Shown here: positions 1 to 11,117 of the stretch, piece by piece
How the letters are laid out: every line of letters begins with the position of its first letter
How positions within the stretch are numbered: the stretch's first letter is position 1
Assembly: GCA_934168325.1 (NCBI GenBank)
Contig: CAKPNG010000005.1
Coordinates: 1-61,733 of the forward strand
Source: an uncultured Bacilli bacterium
GTDB lineage: Bacteria; Bacillota_I; Bacilli_A; RFN20; CAG-826
Direction: 5' to 3'
Length of the DNA: 61,733 bases
Made by a program: the position numbers and the translations under genes
Notes under the pieces: generated by a model
Seen by the model: only the letters and a program-made list of their open reading frames with translations
Told to the model about the DNA's origin: nothing
Database searches by the model: none

Positions 1-133
1 TTGCAAATATAATTTTTGGAAGTAATACTTAATTGTATTTAATTTTAGGGAGACCTACAACAAAGGGACACAATCTTATAATTTGATGTACCGAAAAAGG
101 TATTTACAAAAACAAAAAGTATGTATAACTAAA

Positions 134-1237
134 CTATTTTTTCTTATTTTCAAATTTTGTAATGAAATTATCTAAATCTGTTGCAAATCCATCAAGTTCT
201 TTTGAGAAATCAATAATTATTTTACTTATTTCTTTATTTCCATTATTGTTGACTTTTTTAATAACTAAAATAATATAGCGTAAGAAATCGAAAATAAAGC
301 GAATCATATATCTAATTTCTTCTTCATAGTCTTCATCAGATTTATGGAGTAAATAACCATCAGCGTGAGAAAATACGACACTTTTATTATAAATCTCTTT
401 ATAAAGATTACGCTCATCTTCGTCATCAATAATTGAAAATAATTTATCAACTCTAGCCGAATAAGTAAAACCCGGACTAAATATATTTTGAGGATTTTCT
501 AATAATTTGTTATTAAATATAATTCGATTAATATTTTTAAAATTGGAGTATTTTTCATAACATTTGTCAATAATCTCTTTATCAATAATATCAGATTTAC
601 TATATTTAAAATGCTTTGAAATTATATTTAAAGATAGATCAAAATAAATCTCTATAAAAGTATTAAATTGTTCATAATTTAGATTTAAAGCAGTATAAAA
701 TAGTGCAGATTTTTCAATATACGGTTTAACTGTAATAAACGCTCCACGTTCTTCTTTTAAAAAGAATAAAACTCCGATATCACGTAAATACTCTAAGTTA
801 AAATTAAATAAATAAAGATAATACGAGAAATAATTCTCTTTAATTTTGTTTAATTCATTATAAAAATTTTTAAAGTTATTCTTAAAGTTAGAAAATTTAT
901 TTAAAAATTCATTTAAATAAATATTTTGCTCTAGTCCATCAGTAATTAACTTTTTAGTTTCACTTTGTCTATTATTTTCTTCTTTTTTCATCGCATCTCG
1001 CAATATTAAAGAGCGATTATTAAATTCTTTATCAATAAATTCTTCATTATAAATCGCAAGATTATGAACAATTTTACTATAAAAAGCATAAGAATCAGCT
1101 AAATTAGCATCTACTTTCGTTAATATTTCATTAAAATCTTTATAATTATTAACTAATGCATATAAATAAATTGAAGGATTAGATTTTAAAAATTTATCAA
1201 AATCAGTTGATTCTGGAAGCATAAGTGCTCTTTTCAT
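134..1237 (-). CDS. hypothetical protein, Asn/Lys/Phe/Tyr-rich, no recognisable domain; the annotated ATG is probably not the true N-terminus
   Basis: 367-codon ORF. The same frame stays open for 99 more codons upstream (1238-1534) with no ATG, GTG or TTG, then an in-frame TAA at 1535-1537. Confidence 0.5.
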   Translation of the reverse strand: MKRALMLPESTDFDKFLKSNPSIYLYALVNNYKDFNEILTKVDANLADSYAFYSKIVHNLAIYNEEFIDKEFNNRSLILRDAMKKEENNRQSETKKLITDGLEQNIYLNEFLNKFSNFKNNFKNFYNELNKIKENYFSYYLYLFNFNLEYLRDIGVLFFLKEERGAFITVKPYIEKSALFYTALNLNYEQFNTFIEIYFDLSLNIISKHFKYSKSDIIDKEIIDKCYEKYSNFKNINRIIFNNKLLENPQNIFSPGFTYSARVDKLFSIIDDEDERNLYKEIYNKSVVFSHADGYLLHKSDEDYEEEIRYMIRFIFDFLRYIILVIKKVNNNGNKEISKIIIDFSKELDGFATDLDNFITKFENKKK

Positions 1238-1626
1238 TTTTGCTTGTTCGTTTGCTCCAACTTTCCTTTCTTGAGCTAATATACGAAATAATTGATAATT
1301 GATTTTAAGATCTAAAATATTTTCTTTTTTAAATAATTCGACAATTCCTAAAGCTTCAAGATATCTTCTAATAAAAATAGATTTTGTATAAAGCGATAAA
1401 TCAAAATAATCAGCAATAGCAATTAGTTTAAAACAAAAATAAATTTCATAATCAAAAGAGTTATTAAAATAACCACGATTATCATTAATAAATTTTGAAT
1501 CGTTAGCTTTAACAACGTTTAAATAATCAGAAAATTATCTATAATTTCTGTTCGATTTAGTTTTTTTATTAACTTTTTTATCTTTCACCACGCCTTTATT
1601 ATAGCACGTTAGAAAAATATAAAAAA

Positions 1627-3762
1627 TTATACTTGTTTAATAGATAAAGATATTCTTTTTTTATTAACATCAACAGCGATAACTTTAACTTTTACTAAGT
1701 CATTAACTGAATATAATTCACTAGGATGTTTAACAAATTTTTTAGATAATTCACTGATATGAACGAGTCCATCTTGATGAACATTTATGTCAACAAAAAT
1801 ACCAAAGTCCATAATATTTCTAACTGTTCCGTTTAAAATCATTCCGACTTTTAAATCTTTTATATCTTTAACATCATTATTTAATTCAACTATTTCAATA
1901 TCTTCTCTAATGTCTCTTCCAGGTTTTTTAAGTTCTTCAATAATATCTGTTAAAGTTTCAATACCGACATTAAATTCTTTAATAAACGAATTTTTATTTA
2001 ATGAATTTAATTTCTCTGTAATTACATTTAAGTCGTCTTTTTGAATATTAATCCTGCAGATCTCAATTATTTTTTTAGCAATTAAATAACTTTCAGGGTG
2101 AATTCCCGTAGTATCTAAAGGTTCTAAACCATCAATAATTCTTAAAAATCCTGCACATTGCTCGAAAGCTTTATCACCCATTTTAGGAACTTTTTTAAGA
2201 TCTTCTCTAGTTTTAAATGGGCCATTTTTCTCTTTATATTCAAAAATTGTTTTAGCTAAACCTTTGTTAATACCGGAAACATATTTTAATAAAGAAATTG
2301 ATGCACTATTAACATTTACACCAACAAGATTAACAACATCTTCGACAGTATTTGTCAATGCAAAGTCAAGTTTAGCTTGATCCATATCATGTTGATATTG
2401 ACCAACTCCAATAGCTTTTGGATCTATTTTAACTAACTCAGCGAGTGGATCTTGAAGTCTTCTAGCTAATGAAATAGCACTTCTTTTTTCAACTGTTAAA
2501 TTAGGGAATTCTTCTTCCCCAAGTTTAGATGCACTATAGACACTAGCACCGCTTTCATTAACAATAAATATCTTGGTATTTAATTTATTATCTTTAACAA
2601 TCTTAGATAAAATAGCTTCACTTTCTCTACTAGCAGTTCCATTACCTAAAGCAATATAATCAATCTTATTTTCTAATAAAATCTTAGTTAATTGCTTAAT
2701 AGATTCATTAACTTTATATTCACTATTTGCAGTAATTTCACTAACTCCAACAAATAAAGGCTTACCATATGGATCGACTAAAGCATATTTACAACCAGCT
2801 CTAAATCCAGGGTCAAATCCTAAAACAGTAATATTTTTAATTGGTGGATACATCAATAATTGATATAAATTCTTCTTAAATACTTCAATAGATTTATCTT
2901 CAGCAACTGAAAATAATTCATTACGTATTTCATTATCAACTGAAGGTAATATAAGTCTTTTTAAACTATCATTAATAACATCTAATAAAATATCTTTATT
3001 AGGATTTAATCCAATTTTCTCTTTTTTAGATATATATTCAGTTAATTCATCAACATCATAATTTAAAGAAACTTTTAGACACTTTTCTTTTTCACCACGA
3101 TTTAAAGCTAATATTCTATGAGGTGGAATAGTTTTAATTAATTCAGAAAAATCAGCATAATGACCATATGTATCTTTTTCATCTTTTTTAATTTCTTTAG
3201 ATGTAATAAAACCAAATTTACAAATTTTATCTTTAATAAATTTACGGTAATTTGCTTTATCACTAATATCTTCACTAATAATATCTTTAGCACCACTAAT
3301 TGCATCATTAACATCATTAACTTTCTTTTCAGGATTAATAAATGTTTTAGCAAATTCTAAAATATCATCCTGTCCTTCTTTTATTGCTTTAGCTAAAGGT
3401 TCTAATCCTTTTTCTTTAGCAATAATTGCTCTAGTTTTCTTTTTAGGTTTATAAGGACGATATAAATCCTCTAATTCGCTTAAAGTAGAAACATTTTCAA
3501 TTTCTAATTTTAATTCATCAGTAAGTTTTCCTTGTTCTTCAATACTTTTTAAAACTGTATTCATCCTTTCTTCAAGTTTTCTAAGATAAATAAGTCTTTC
3601 TTCAAGTTTTCTTAAATCAGTATCGGTTAAATTTCCTGTTGCTTCTTTTCTATAACGAGCAATAAAAGGAATAGTATTTCCTTCATCTATTAAATTAATA
3701 GCACTAGAAACGCTACTTTCTTTTAATCCAAGTTCAGTAGCAATTATATTTATAATATTCAT
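1627..3762 (-). CDS. tex: Tex-like transcription accessory protein (YqgF/RuvC-like domain plus C-terminal S1 RNA-binding domain)
   Basis: The N-terminus 'IPFIARYRKEATGNL' is typical of Tex. The C-terminal 'GTVRNIMDFGIFVDI...GLVHISEL' is an S1 domain. Length is 711 aa. Confidence 0.9.
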   Translation of the reverse strand: MNIINIIATELGLKESSVSSAINLIDEGNTIPFIARYRKEATGNLTDTDLRKLEERLIYLRKLEERMNTVLKSIEEQGKLTDELKLEIENVSTLSELEDLYRPYKPKKKTRAIIAKEKGLEPLAKAIKEGQDDILEFAKTFINPEKKVNDVNDAISGAKDIISEDISDKANYRKFIKDKICKFGFITSKEIKKDEKDTYGHYADFSELIKTIPPHRILALNRGEKEKCLKVSLNYDVDELTEYISKKEKIGLNPNKDILLDVINDSLKRLILPSVDNEIRNELFSVAEDKSIEVFKKNLYQLLMYPPIKNITVLGFDPGFRAGCKYALVDPYGKPLFVGVSEITANSEYKVNESIKQLTKILLENKIDYIALGNGTASRESEAILSKIVKDNKLNTKIFIVNESGASVYSASKLGEEEFPNLTVEKRSAISLARRLQDPLAELVKIDPKAIGVGQYQHDMDQAKLDFALTNTVEDVVNLVGVNVNSASISLLKYVSGINKGLAKTIFEYKEKNGPFKTREDLKKVPKMGDKAFEQCAGFLRIIDGLEPLDTTGIHPESYLIAKKIIEICRINIQKDDLNVITEKLNSLNKNSFIKEFNVGIETLTDIIEELKKPGRDIREDIEIVELNNDVKDIKDLKVGMILNGTVRNIMDFGIFVDINVHQDGLVHISELSKKFVKHPSELYSVNDLVKVKVIAVDVNKKRISLSIKQV

Positions 3763-3763
3763 A

Positions 3764-6169
3764 TTAAATAGCCACTATATTAACAATTCTATTTTTAACA
3801 ACGATAACTTTCTTAATATTTTTACCGTCAGTAAATCTTTTTACATTAGCTGAACTAAAAGCAATTTCTTTTACTTTTTCATCATCTAAATCTTTTTCAA
3901 TTTCAATAGTATCTCTAAGTTTACCATTAACTTGTACAGCAATTTTAACTTTATTTAAAACTAATTTAGATTCATCATAAGTAGGCCATTTTTCATATGT
4001 AATAAGATCTTTATTACCAAGAATTGACCAAATTTCTTCGCCAACAAACGGGCAAATACAATCAAACATCTTAACAAAGCCTTTTAAATATTCAATATAT
4101 AATTCATCAGCTTTATATAATTCATTGACAAAAATCATCATTTGAGAAATTGCAGTGTTAAATTGTAAATTTTCAAAATCATTAGTAACTTTTTTAACTG
4201 TATAATTATAAACATAATCTAATGAATGATTATTAGTTTCAACAATCTTATTCTTTAAGCCTTCTTCTTCAAAAACTCTATAAACTCTATCAATAAAGCG
4301 TTTACTACCTTCTAAACCTTTATTAGACCAAGGTAAACTTGCTTCAAGAGGTCCCATAAACATTTCATATAATCTTAATGCATCAGCACCATATTGATTA
4401 ACAATATCATCAGGATTTATAACATTTCCTCTTGATTTAGACATTTTTTCACCATTTTCACCTAAAATCATCCCTTGATGGAATAATTTCTTAAATGGTT
4501 CTTTAGAACTAACAATACCTTTGTCATATAAATATTTATGCCAAAATCTAGCATATAATAAATGTAAAACAGCATGCTCTTGACCACCAATATATAAATC
4601 AACAGGAAGCCAATGATCTAATAATTTTTTATCACCGATTTCTTTATCATTATGTGGATCTATATATCTTATATAATACCAACAACTACCAGCCCATTGA
4701 GGCATAGTATTTGTTTCTCTTTTAGCATCACAACCATTGACTTTAATATTAAGCCAATTTTTCGCATTAGCTAAAGGAGATTCGCCAGTACCACTAGGTT
4801 TATATTCATCAAGTTCAGGTAAAACTAAAGGTAAATCTTCATCTTTAACTCTACCCATTTCATTATTATCAACAAAAGTATAAATAGGAATAGGTTCTCC
4901 CCAATATCTTTGTCTAGAGAATAACCAATCTCTTAATTTATAATTAACTTTAAAATTACCATCACCCATTTCAATAAGTTTATTAGTAATAGCTTCTTTA
5001 CCTTCAGCAATATTAAGACCGTTAATAAAATCACTATTAATATGCTTACCATCTTCAGTATAAGCATTTTCACTTACATCAGATTCAATTACTTTTTTAA
5101 TAGGTAAATTATATTTTTTAGCAAAAGCATAATCTCTATCATCATGAGCAGGAACAGCCATAACAGCACCTGTTCCATAACTTCCAAGAACATAATCAGC
5201 AATAAAAATTGGTACTTCTTCATTATTTATTGGATTAATTGCATAAGCTCCAGTAAATACACCAGTTTTTTCTTTATTTAATTCAGTTCTATCTAAATCA
5301 GATTTATGAGAAACTTCATCTTGATATTTTTTAATATTATCAGCATTATCACTAGTTACAATTTTTTCAACTAAAAGATGTTCAGGAGCTAAACAGCAAT
5401 AAGAGCAACCAAATAAAGTATCAGCTCTAGTAGTAAATACTTCAAAATAATCACTAGTTCCTTTAACCTTGAATTTTATGATAGTACCTTTACTTTTTCC
5501 AATCCAATTACGTTGCATTTCAATAGTTGAACTTGGCCAATCAAGACCTTCTAAATCAGTAGCTAATCGATCTGCATAAGAGGTAATTCTTAACATCCAT
5601 TGTCTCATTGGCTTTCTTATTACAGGATAGCCACCCCTTTCACTTTTACCATCAATGACTTCTTCGTTTGCTAAAACTGTACCTAATTCAGGGCAAAAGT
5701 TAACTGGTTTATAACTAACATAAGCTAAATTATCATCAAACATATGAGCAAAAATATATTGTGTCCATTTATAGTATTTTGGATCACAAGTCATAATTTC
5801 ACGATCATAATCATAGCTAAAACCAAGCATTTGGATTTGTCTTCTAAAATTAGCAATATTTTTTAAAGTAAATCCTTCTGGATGTTCATTCATTTTAATA
5901 CTATATTGTTCAGCAGGTAAACCAAAAGCATCCCATCCAATTGGATGTAATACATTATAGCCTTGCATTCTTTTCATTCTAGAAATAATATCAGTTGCTG
6001 TATATCCTTCAGGATGGCCAACATGTAATCCTTGACCACTAGGATATGGAAACATATCTAATGCATAATATTTTGGTTTAGAAAAATCTGAAGTATCACA
6101 TTTATATTCTTTTCTATCAATCCAAATTTTACTCCATTTTTTCTCTACATTCTTAAAATCATAGCTCAT
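3764..6169 (-). CDS. leuS: leucine--tRNA ligase
   Basis: HIGH-type motif 'HVGHPEGY', 'KMSKSRGN' motif, 801 aa, LeuS-like along the whole length. Confidence 0.97.
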   Translation of the reverse strand: MSYDFKNVEKKWSKIWIDRKEYKCDTSDFSKPKYYALDMFPYPSGQGLHVGHPEGYTATDIISRMKRMQGYNVLHPIGWDAFGLPAEQYSIKMNEHPEGFTLKNIANFRRQIQMLGFSYDYDREIMTCDPKYYKWTQYIFAHMFDDNLAYVSYKPVNFCPELGTVLANEEVIDGKSERGGYPVIRKPMRQWMLRITSYADRLATDLEGLDWPSSTIEMQRNWIGKSKGTIIKFKVKGTSDYFEVFTTRADTLFGCSYCCLAPEHLLVEKIVTSDNADNIKKYQDEVSHKSDLDRTELNKEKTGVFTGAYAINPINNEEVPIFIADYVLGSYGTGAVMAVPAHDDRDYAFAKKYNLPIKKVIESDVSENAYTEDGKHINSDFINGLNIAEGKEAITNKLIEMGDGNFKVNYKLRDWLFSRQRYWGEPIPIYTFVDNNEMGRVKDEDLPLVLPELDEYKPSGTGESPLANAKNWLNIKVNGCDAKRETNTMPQWAGSCWYYIRYIDPHNDKEIGDKKLLDHWLPVDLYIGGQEHAVLHLLYARFWHKYLYDKGIVSSKEPFKKLFHQGMILGENGEKMSKSRGNVINPDDIVNQYGADALRLYEMFMGPLEASLPWSNKGLEGSKRFIDRVYRVFEEEGLKNKIVETNNHSLDYVYNYTVKKVTNDFENLQFNTAISQMMIFVNELYKADELYIEYLKGFVKMFDCICPFVGEEIWSILGNKDLITYEKWPTYDESKLVLNKVKIAVQVNGKLRDTIEIEKDLDDEKVKEIAFSSANVKRFTDGKNIKKVIVVKNRIVNIVAI

Positions 6170-6358
6170 AAAGTTCTCCTTTATTTGACGTTTATTTATT
6201 ATACCAAAAAACCTCTATTTTTTCTTTAATTATTACAAGGCATATAAATAATTTTGTAAAAAATTTGCTACGAATAGTATATTTTACTAAAACACACTTG
6301 TATTTTTTTACTTTACAAATATTTTATCGCATTTAAAATATATATCGGAGGGTTAAAA

Positions 6359-6571
6359 ATGAAGAAAATTCAAGTTGTGCTTCTTATTTATGATTATCTA
6401 AATAAACAAAGAAGCATTAATATTAATGATATTGCTGATATGGCAAATTGTTCGAAAAGAACTGCTATTCGTTATATCAACGATATTAGAGAATATTTTT
6501 CTGCATGTCATATTAATAAGGAGATTATTTATGATAGGCAGAAAAAAAGTTTTATTATAAGAAGTTGTTAG
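6359..6571 (+). CDS. small stand-alone helix-turn-helix protein (HTH_11/DeoR-N-like), 70 aa
   Basis: GGAGG lies 8 nt before the ATG. 'INDIADMANCSKRTAIRYINDIREYF' has an HTH pattern. A hairpin terminator follows. Confidence 0.55.
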   Translation: MKKIQVVLLIYDYLNKQRSININDIADMANCSKRTAIRYINDIREYFSACHINKEIIYDRQKKSFIIRSC

Positions 6572-6581
6572 AATTACATTT

Positions 6582-6607
6582 AGACAATCCAATGTGATTG
6601 TCTTTTT
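6582..6607 (+). terminator. rho-independent terminator after the small HTH gene
   Basis: AGACAATC (6582-6589), 6-nt loop, GATTGTCT (6596-6603), then a T-run. Confidence 0.6.
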
Positions 6608-7796
6608 ATTTACTTAATAATTTAGACATCCCAGCTTTAGAAGTTTCTTTATACCCGCTTTTTAAATCTTTACCAGTTTCATACATTGTTTTAACTATTT
6701 CATCAAAACTAATTTTTGAACTATCTGAATCAATTAAAAATGCTAATTGAGATGCATTAATTGATTTTAACGCAAATATTGAATTTCTTTCTATGCAAGG
6801 AATTTGAACATATCCATCAATTGGATCACAAGTTAAACCCAAAGAATGTTCTAAAGCAATTTCAGCCGCTTGAGCTATTTTTTCATTATTAGCATTAAAT
6901 GCATTCATAATCATTGCACTAGCCATTGATGAAGCAGCACCTATTTCAGCTTGGCATCCTGCAACAGCTCCACTAACTGTAGCATTAGTTTTTATTATTT
7001 CACCAATTAAACCAGCAACTGCTAAACTTTCTATAATTTTATTATCATCTATATTATTTAATCTAAGATATTTAATAACTCCAGGAATAACTCCACAACT
7101 TCCACAACTAGGAGCAGTTGCAACTATACCTCCAGAAGCATTTTCTTCACTAACTGCAAAGGCATATGCCATTACTAAAGCGTTATTTTTTAAATTATCA
7201 TTATCATTTTTAATTGCTTCATTATAAATAGTATTAGCTTTTTTAATAACATGAAGTGAACCGGGTAATTCACCAACATTATTAATACCTCTATTAGCTG
7301 CTTCATCCATTATTTTTAAAATATTTTTCAAATAAATTAAGATGTCATTTTCTTTTTCTAATACATATTCTAATAGAGTTTTATTATTTTCTTTACAATA
7401 AAAAAGTATCTCTTTTAAAGTATTTTCCTTGTAAATCTCAACTATTTTATTAGATTTTGCACCTTTTACTTTAATAGTTCCACCACCTATTGAATATATT
7501 CTTTCTTTAAATAATTCGTTATTTTTATGTATTATAAAATCCATTGTATTAGGGTGATTTACTTTTGTAAAATAATCAAATTTAATGTGATGATTTATAT
7601 TTTTTAATTTATTATTAATAACGACATCAATTAAATGACCTTTACCAGTTAAAGCTAAAGATCCATATAAAATAATCTCGATTTTATCTATATCTTGATA
7701 TTTATTTAATATATAATCAAGTGCTTTACTAGGACCAATTGTATGAGATGAACTTGGTCCATTACCAACAATAAATATTTCTTTAATCGATTTCAT
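6606..7796 (-). CDS. sdaA: L-serine ammonia-lyase (iron-sulfur dependent, single-chain form)
   Basis: N-terminal 'FIVGNGPSSSHTIGP' and C-terminal 'YKETSKAGMS' match the SdaA family. The protein is 396 aa, shorter than E. coli SdaA. Confidence 0.78.
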   Translation of the reverse strand: MKSIKEIFIVGNGPSSSHTIGPSKALDYILNKYQDIDKIEIILYGSLALTGKGHLIDVVINNKLKNINHHIKFDYFTKVNHPNTMDFIIHKNNELFKERIYSIGGGTIKVKGAKSNKIVEIYKENTLKEILFYCKENNKTLLEYVLEKENDILIYLKNILKIMDEAANRGINNVGELPGSLHVIKKANTIYNEAIKNDNDNLKNNALVMAYAFAVSEENASGGIVATAPSCGSCGVIPGVIKYLRLNNIDDNKIIESLAVAGLIGEIIKTNATVSGAVAGCQAEIGAASSMASAMIMNAFNANNEKIAQAAEIALEHSLGLTCDPIDGYVQIPCIERNSIFALKSINASQLAFLIDSDSSKISFDEIVKTMYETGKDLKSGYKETSKAGMSKLLSK

Positions 7797-8548
7797 TTTT
7801 TTATTTCTACTTTCTTTAAATCTTCATTAAAATGTTTTTTAACTAATAAATATATTAAATAAATATAAGGCATACCCAAATTAGTTTCAATAATAGAATT
7901 AATTAATAATGTTTTAATACTATTTTCATTATATGGTCTAATTCCATTAATTAATAAGCTAAATTCCCAGAAAAATTGGACACTTATACCAATTAAATTA
8001 AGCCATAAAATGTTAATTATCTTCTTTTTAGAAAATAAAGAGTAAATAGTTAGTCCAAAATAACCTACTAATAAAATAATTGCCATATAAGTATGATATG
8101 CATTAGTTGTGCGATATGTTTGAATGTTATTATCTCCACCAAAAATAGTAATACTAGGAACTACTAACCACCATATAACTATTAAAAATATCCAATATTT
8201 TAAATATTTATCTTTGCTTAAACATAGCCAAATAAAAGCAAAATTAGTAATTCCATAACTTAAACTCATCCATAATAAGATAAGTCCAGTATATAAACTA
8301 TTTTGTTTTACTCCATCTATAAATATCGATCTAGTATTACTAATTAAATAAAAATAACCAAAATCGACAATAAAATACAAAATACCACCAAATAAAGCAA
8401 AAATAACTGTTAAATACCTCTTTTTTAATATAAGTAATGTTAATAGCAAGCAAATAAAACAACTATCTAATATAATATATAGAAGATTAAAATTACGTGT
8501 AGGTGTTATGACTTCACTTAAAATATTAAAATTAAAAATATTTAACAT
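7793..8548 (-). CDS. multipass integral membrane protein, function unknown
   Basis: 251 aa with several hydrophobic segments. The stop overlaps the sdaA start by 4 nt. Confidence 0.55.
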   Translation of the reverse strand: MLNIFNFNILSEVITPTRNFNLLYIILDSCFICLLLTLLILKKRYLTVIFALFGGILYFIVDFGYFYLISNTRSIFIDGVKQNSLYTGLILLWMSLSYGITNFAFIWLCLSKDKYLKYWIFLIVIWWLVVPSITIFGGDNNIQTYRTTNAYHTYMAIILLVGYFGLTIYSLFSKKKIINILWLNLIGISVQFFWEFSLLINGIRPYNENSIKTLLINSIIETNLGMPYIYLIYLLVKKHFNEDLKKVEIKK

Positions 8549-8556
8549 AATTAAAT

Positions 8557-9999
8557 TTATTTGTTAATAGAATTATACAAATCTAGATACATTAAAGCTG
8601 ATTTTTTCCAACGATGATCTTTTTTCATCGCGTTCTTCCTTAATGCATTCATATATTTAGCATTACTATAATATAAATTAAAAGCTTTATCTATTGATTC
8701 ATTTGCTTCAAAATTTGAGAAATCATCAAATCCAATTCCATCAGCTTTTAAGTAATTAGAGTTATCATTATTTAAGCAAGTAACAGTGTCAACTAAACCA
8801 CCAGTTCTTCTAACAATTGGAAGTGCTCCATATCGATGAGCAATCATTTGTCCTATACCACATGGTTCAAAAGCACTAGGCATAATAAAGAAATCACAGC
8901 TAGCATATAACTTGTGAGCTAATAGATCATTATACCCAATATAGACATAACTATTTTTAGGATTTAAAGCTTTAAATCTATTAAAGAAACATTCAGCTTC
9001 ATATTCTCCACTACCTAAAATTGCAAATGTTCCATTATGATTAATTACTTCTTGAGCCATTCCATAAATTAATTCTAAGCCTTTTTGAGAAGTTAATCTA
9101 CTTACTATAGTAAACATCGGAACCTTAGGATTTAAACCATTTTCCTTGCAAAACTCAACTTTATTTTTAGATTTTAAAGTATTTACATTTGATTCATTAT
9201 ACATTACATAGATATTTTTATCTTTACGAGGATTAAATTCTTTTTCATCAACGCCATTAACAATACCTATAAAATCATCTTCTCTAAGAAGTAAATCATA
9301 ATATAATCCTTTACTTCCATCGATTGTTAATAATTCATTACGATGAGTTGGTGAAACTGTTGTAATCTTATCAGAATAAACAATTCCTGCTTTTAAAGTT
9401 GATACTTGACCATCAAGTCTAACCTTGCCTTCATCATATAAATTAGTAGGTAAGTTATATAAATCAAATAAAGAATCTCTATTAATATAACCTTTAAATA
9501 AAGGATTATGAATTGTCAATACACACTTAATTTTATTAAAATAATTATCTGATCCATATTTAGTTTTTATTAAGCAAGATAACATAGAAACTTGCCAATC
9601 ATTTAAATGTAATACATCAAATTTAATTGGTAAATATTTCATTAATTCAATAATAGCTAAGCAGAAAAAAGCATAACGCTCACCATCATCATAATAACCA
9701 TAAAGTCCATTATCACGATCAAAATAATAATCGTTTTTAATTAAAAAATAATCAATCTTATCATAAACTACATGATAAATACTTGCGTTTATCTTTCTCC
9801 AATTCATTGTAACTATTAAATCACATACATGATTAATCTTTTTATGAACTTTCTTTTCTATTTCTTTATAAAAAGGTAATACAAAAGATACATTATGATT
9901 TAATTTAACAAATTCTTTACTTAAACTATAGCTAACATCAGCTAAACCCCCAGTTTTACAAAAAGGTAAAGCCTCACTTGCTGTCATTAAAATATTCAT
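8557..9999 (-). CDS. glgA: glycogen synthase (ADP-glucose type)
   Basis: The N-terminus 'ASEALPFCKTGGLADV' is diagnostic of GlgA. Length is 480 aa. The TAATG junction overlaps glgD. Confidence 0.93.
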   Translation of the reverse strand: MNILMTASEALPFCKTGGLADVSYSLSKEFVKLNHNVSFVLPFYKEIEKKVHKKINHVCDLIVTMNWRKINASIYHVVYDKIDYFLIKNDYYFDRDNGLYGYYDDGERYAFFCLAIIELMKYLPIKFDVLHLNDWQVSMLSCLIKTKYGSDNYFNKIKCVLTIHNPLFKGYINRDSLFDLYNLPTNLYDEGKVRLDGQVSTLKAGIVYSDKITTVSPTHRNELLTIDGSKGLYYDLLLREDDFIGIVNGVDEKEFNPRKDKNIYVMYNESNVNTLKSKNKVEFCKENGLNPKVPMFTIVSRLTSQKGLELIYGMAQEVINHNGTFAILGSGEYEAECFFNRFKALNPKNSYVYIGYNDLLAHKLYASCDFFIMPSAFEPCGIGQMIAHRYGALPIVRRTGGLVDTVTCLNNDNSNYLKADGIGFDDFSNFEANESIDKAFNLYYSNAKYMNALRKNAMKKDHRWKKSALMYLDLYNSINK

Positions 10000-11117
10000 T
10001 ATATATTAGCCCCTTGAGGAATATAAATTGGATCAGATTCAGTTCCTATAACTTCATCTTTATTTTTTATATGACAATGTTTATCAACAATAACATGTTT
10101 TAAATGAATTCCATTTTTAATAACTGAATCAGTAAATATGATACAATCTTCAACACTAGCACCTTCTTCAACTTTAACATTTCTAGATAAAATAGAATGT
10201 TTAACAGTGCCATCTATTTGACATCCATTAGCAAGTAAAGAATCACTAACTTCAGCTTTTTCACCATATAATACCGGAGTAGAATTATGAGTAGTAGTAT
10301 AATAAATCCAATCATCTTGGAAGAAATCATTAACTACTTCTTTATTATCAATAAATTCAAAACTAAAATCATAATAATCTTTTAAACTATTAAAATATCT
10401 ACAATATCCTTTATATTCAATAGCATGAATCTTTTCTTTATAATTACATATAAAATGAATTAAATCTTTTAAAGTAAACATCGAAGAAACATCACTAACT
10501 TTATTTAATAATTCACGAAGATAATCAGTATTAAAAATATAAGTTTCCATCGATATATATTCATCATCATTAATTCCATTATTAGAACTAAATTTTTGAA
10601 TATTACCTAAAGCATCAATTGTAATCTTATCACAACCGATAAAATTAGTTTTAGCATTATCAACATGCTTATATAAAACACTTATAACTTTATTAGATTT
10701 AATATGTTCTTCAATAACTTCATTAAAATCTACTTTACAAACAAAAGCAACAGGTACTACAACAATATATTTAGCATTCTTATCATATAAGAACCAATCA
10801 TTTTCTTTAATATTATTAATATCAGTATTAAAAGGAGGATTAGTTAAGCCGTATTCATTAATAAATATTGATTGAAAACCAGTCTTAGGATTTTTTAAAT
10901 AAGTAGCATCACTACCTAAATGTTTAATAATACTTCTAGAATGATCTTTAACTAAAATACCAATATTATCAATTCCACTATTAGTTAAATTACTTAAAGC
11001 AAAATCAATAAAAGTATATCTTCCTAAAAAAGTAGTAGATGCCATTGGACGAGATTTAGTTAAAACACCTAAATTCTCTTTATTATGTAAATCAACTAAA
11101 GCAATTACATTTTTCAT
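9999..11117 (-). CDS. glgD: glucose-1-phosphate adenylyltransferase, GlgD subunit
   Basis: Nucleotidyltransferase plus left-handed beta-helix layout without the GlgC 'GGKGTRL' loop. It occupies the position between glgC and glgA seen in Firmicutes. Confidence 0.85.
   Translation of the reverse strand: MKNVIALVDLHNKENLGVLTKSRPMASTTFLGRYTFIDFALSNLTNSGIDNIGILVKDHSRSIIKHLGSDATYLKNPKTGFQSIFINEYGLTNPPFNTDINNIKENDWFLYDKNAKYIVVVPVAFVCKVDFNEVIEEHIKSNKVISVLYKHVDNAKTNFIGCDKITIDALGNIQKFSSNNGINDDEYISMETYIFNTDYLRELLNKVSDVSSMFTLKDLIHFICNYKEKIHAIEYKGYCRYFNSLKDYYDFSFEFIDNKEVVNDFFQDDWIYYTTTHNSTPVLYGEKAEVSDSLLANGCQIDGTVKHSILSRNVKVEEGASVEDCIIFTDSVIKNGIHLKHVIVDKHCHIKNKDEVIGTESDPIYIPQGANI

Noticed and set aside
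1-133. Non-coding stretch downstream of the first gene, examined for a terminator or RNA gene.
   Set aside because: Only a 4-bp TACC/GGTA stem is present, with no tRNA-like or other recognisable structure.
1787-2044. Short ORFs lying antisense or out of frame inside long conserved genes: 1787-2044, 3138-3353, 3160-3360, 6398-6592, 11356-11553, 15201-15389, 19548-19730, 33303-33569, 35665-35964, 36388-36618, 41567-41761, 44171-44371, 47955-48161, 52634-52840, 55065-55379 and 56774-56986.
   Set aside because: Each is embedded in a much longer ORF with clear family identity. Each has the I/L/F/K/N-rich composition expected from reading AT-rich coding DNA in a wrong frame, and none has a convincing RBS.
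6170-6358. Possible T-box leader upstream of leuS.
   Set aside because: No AGAGA/GNUGGNA stem I elements, no GGTGGTACCGCG-like T-box sequence and no terminator hairpin are visible on the minus strand.
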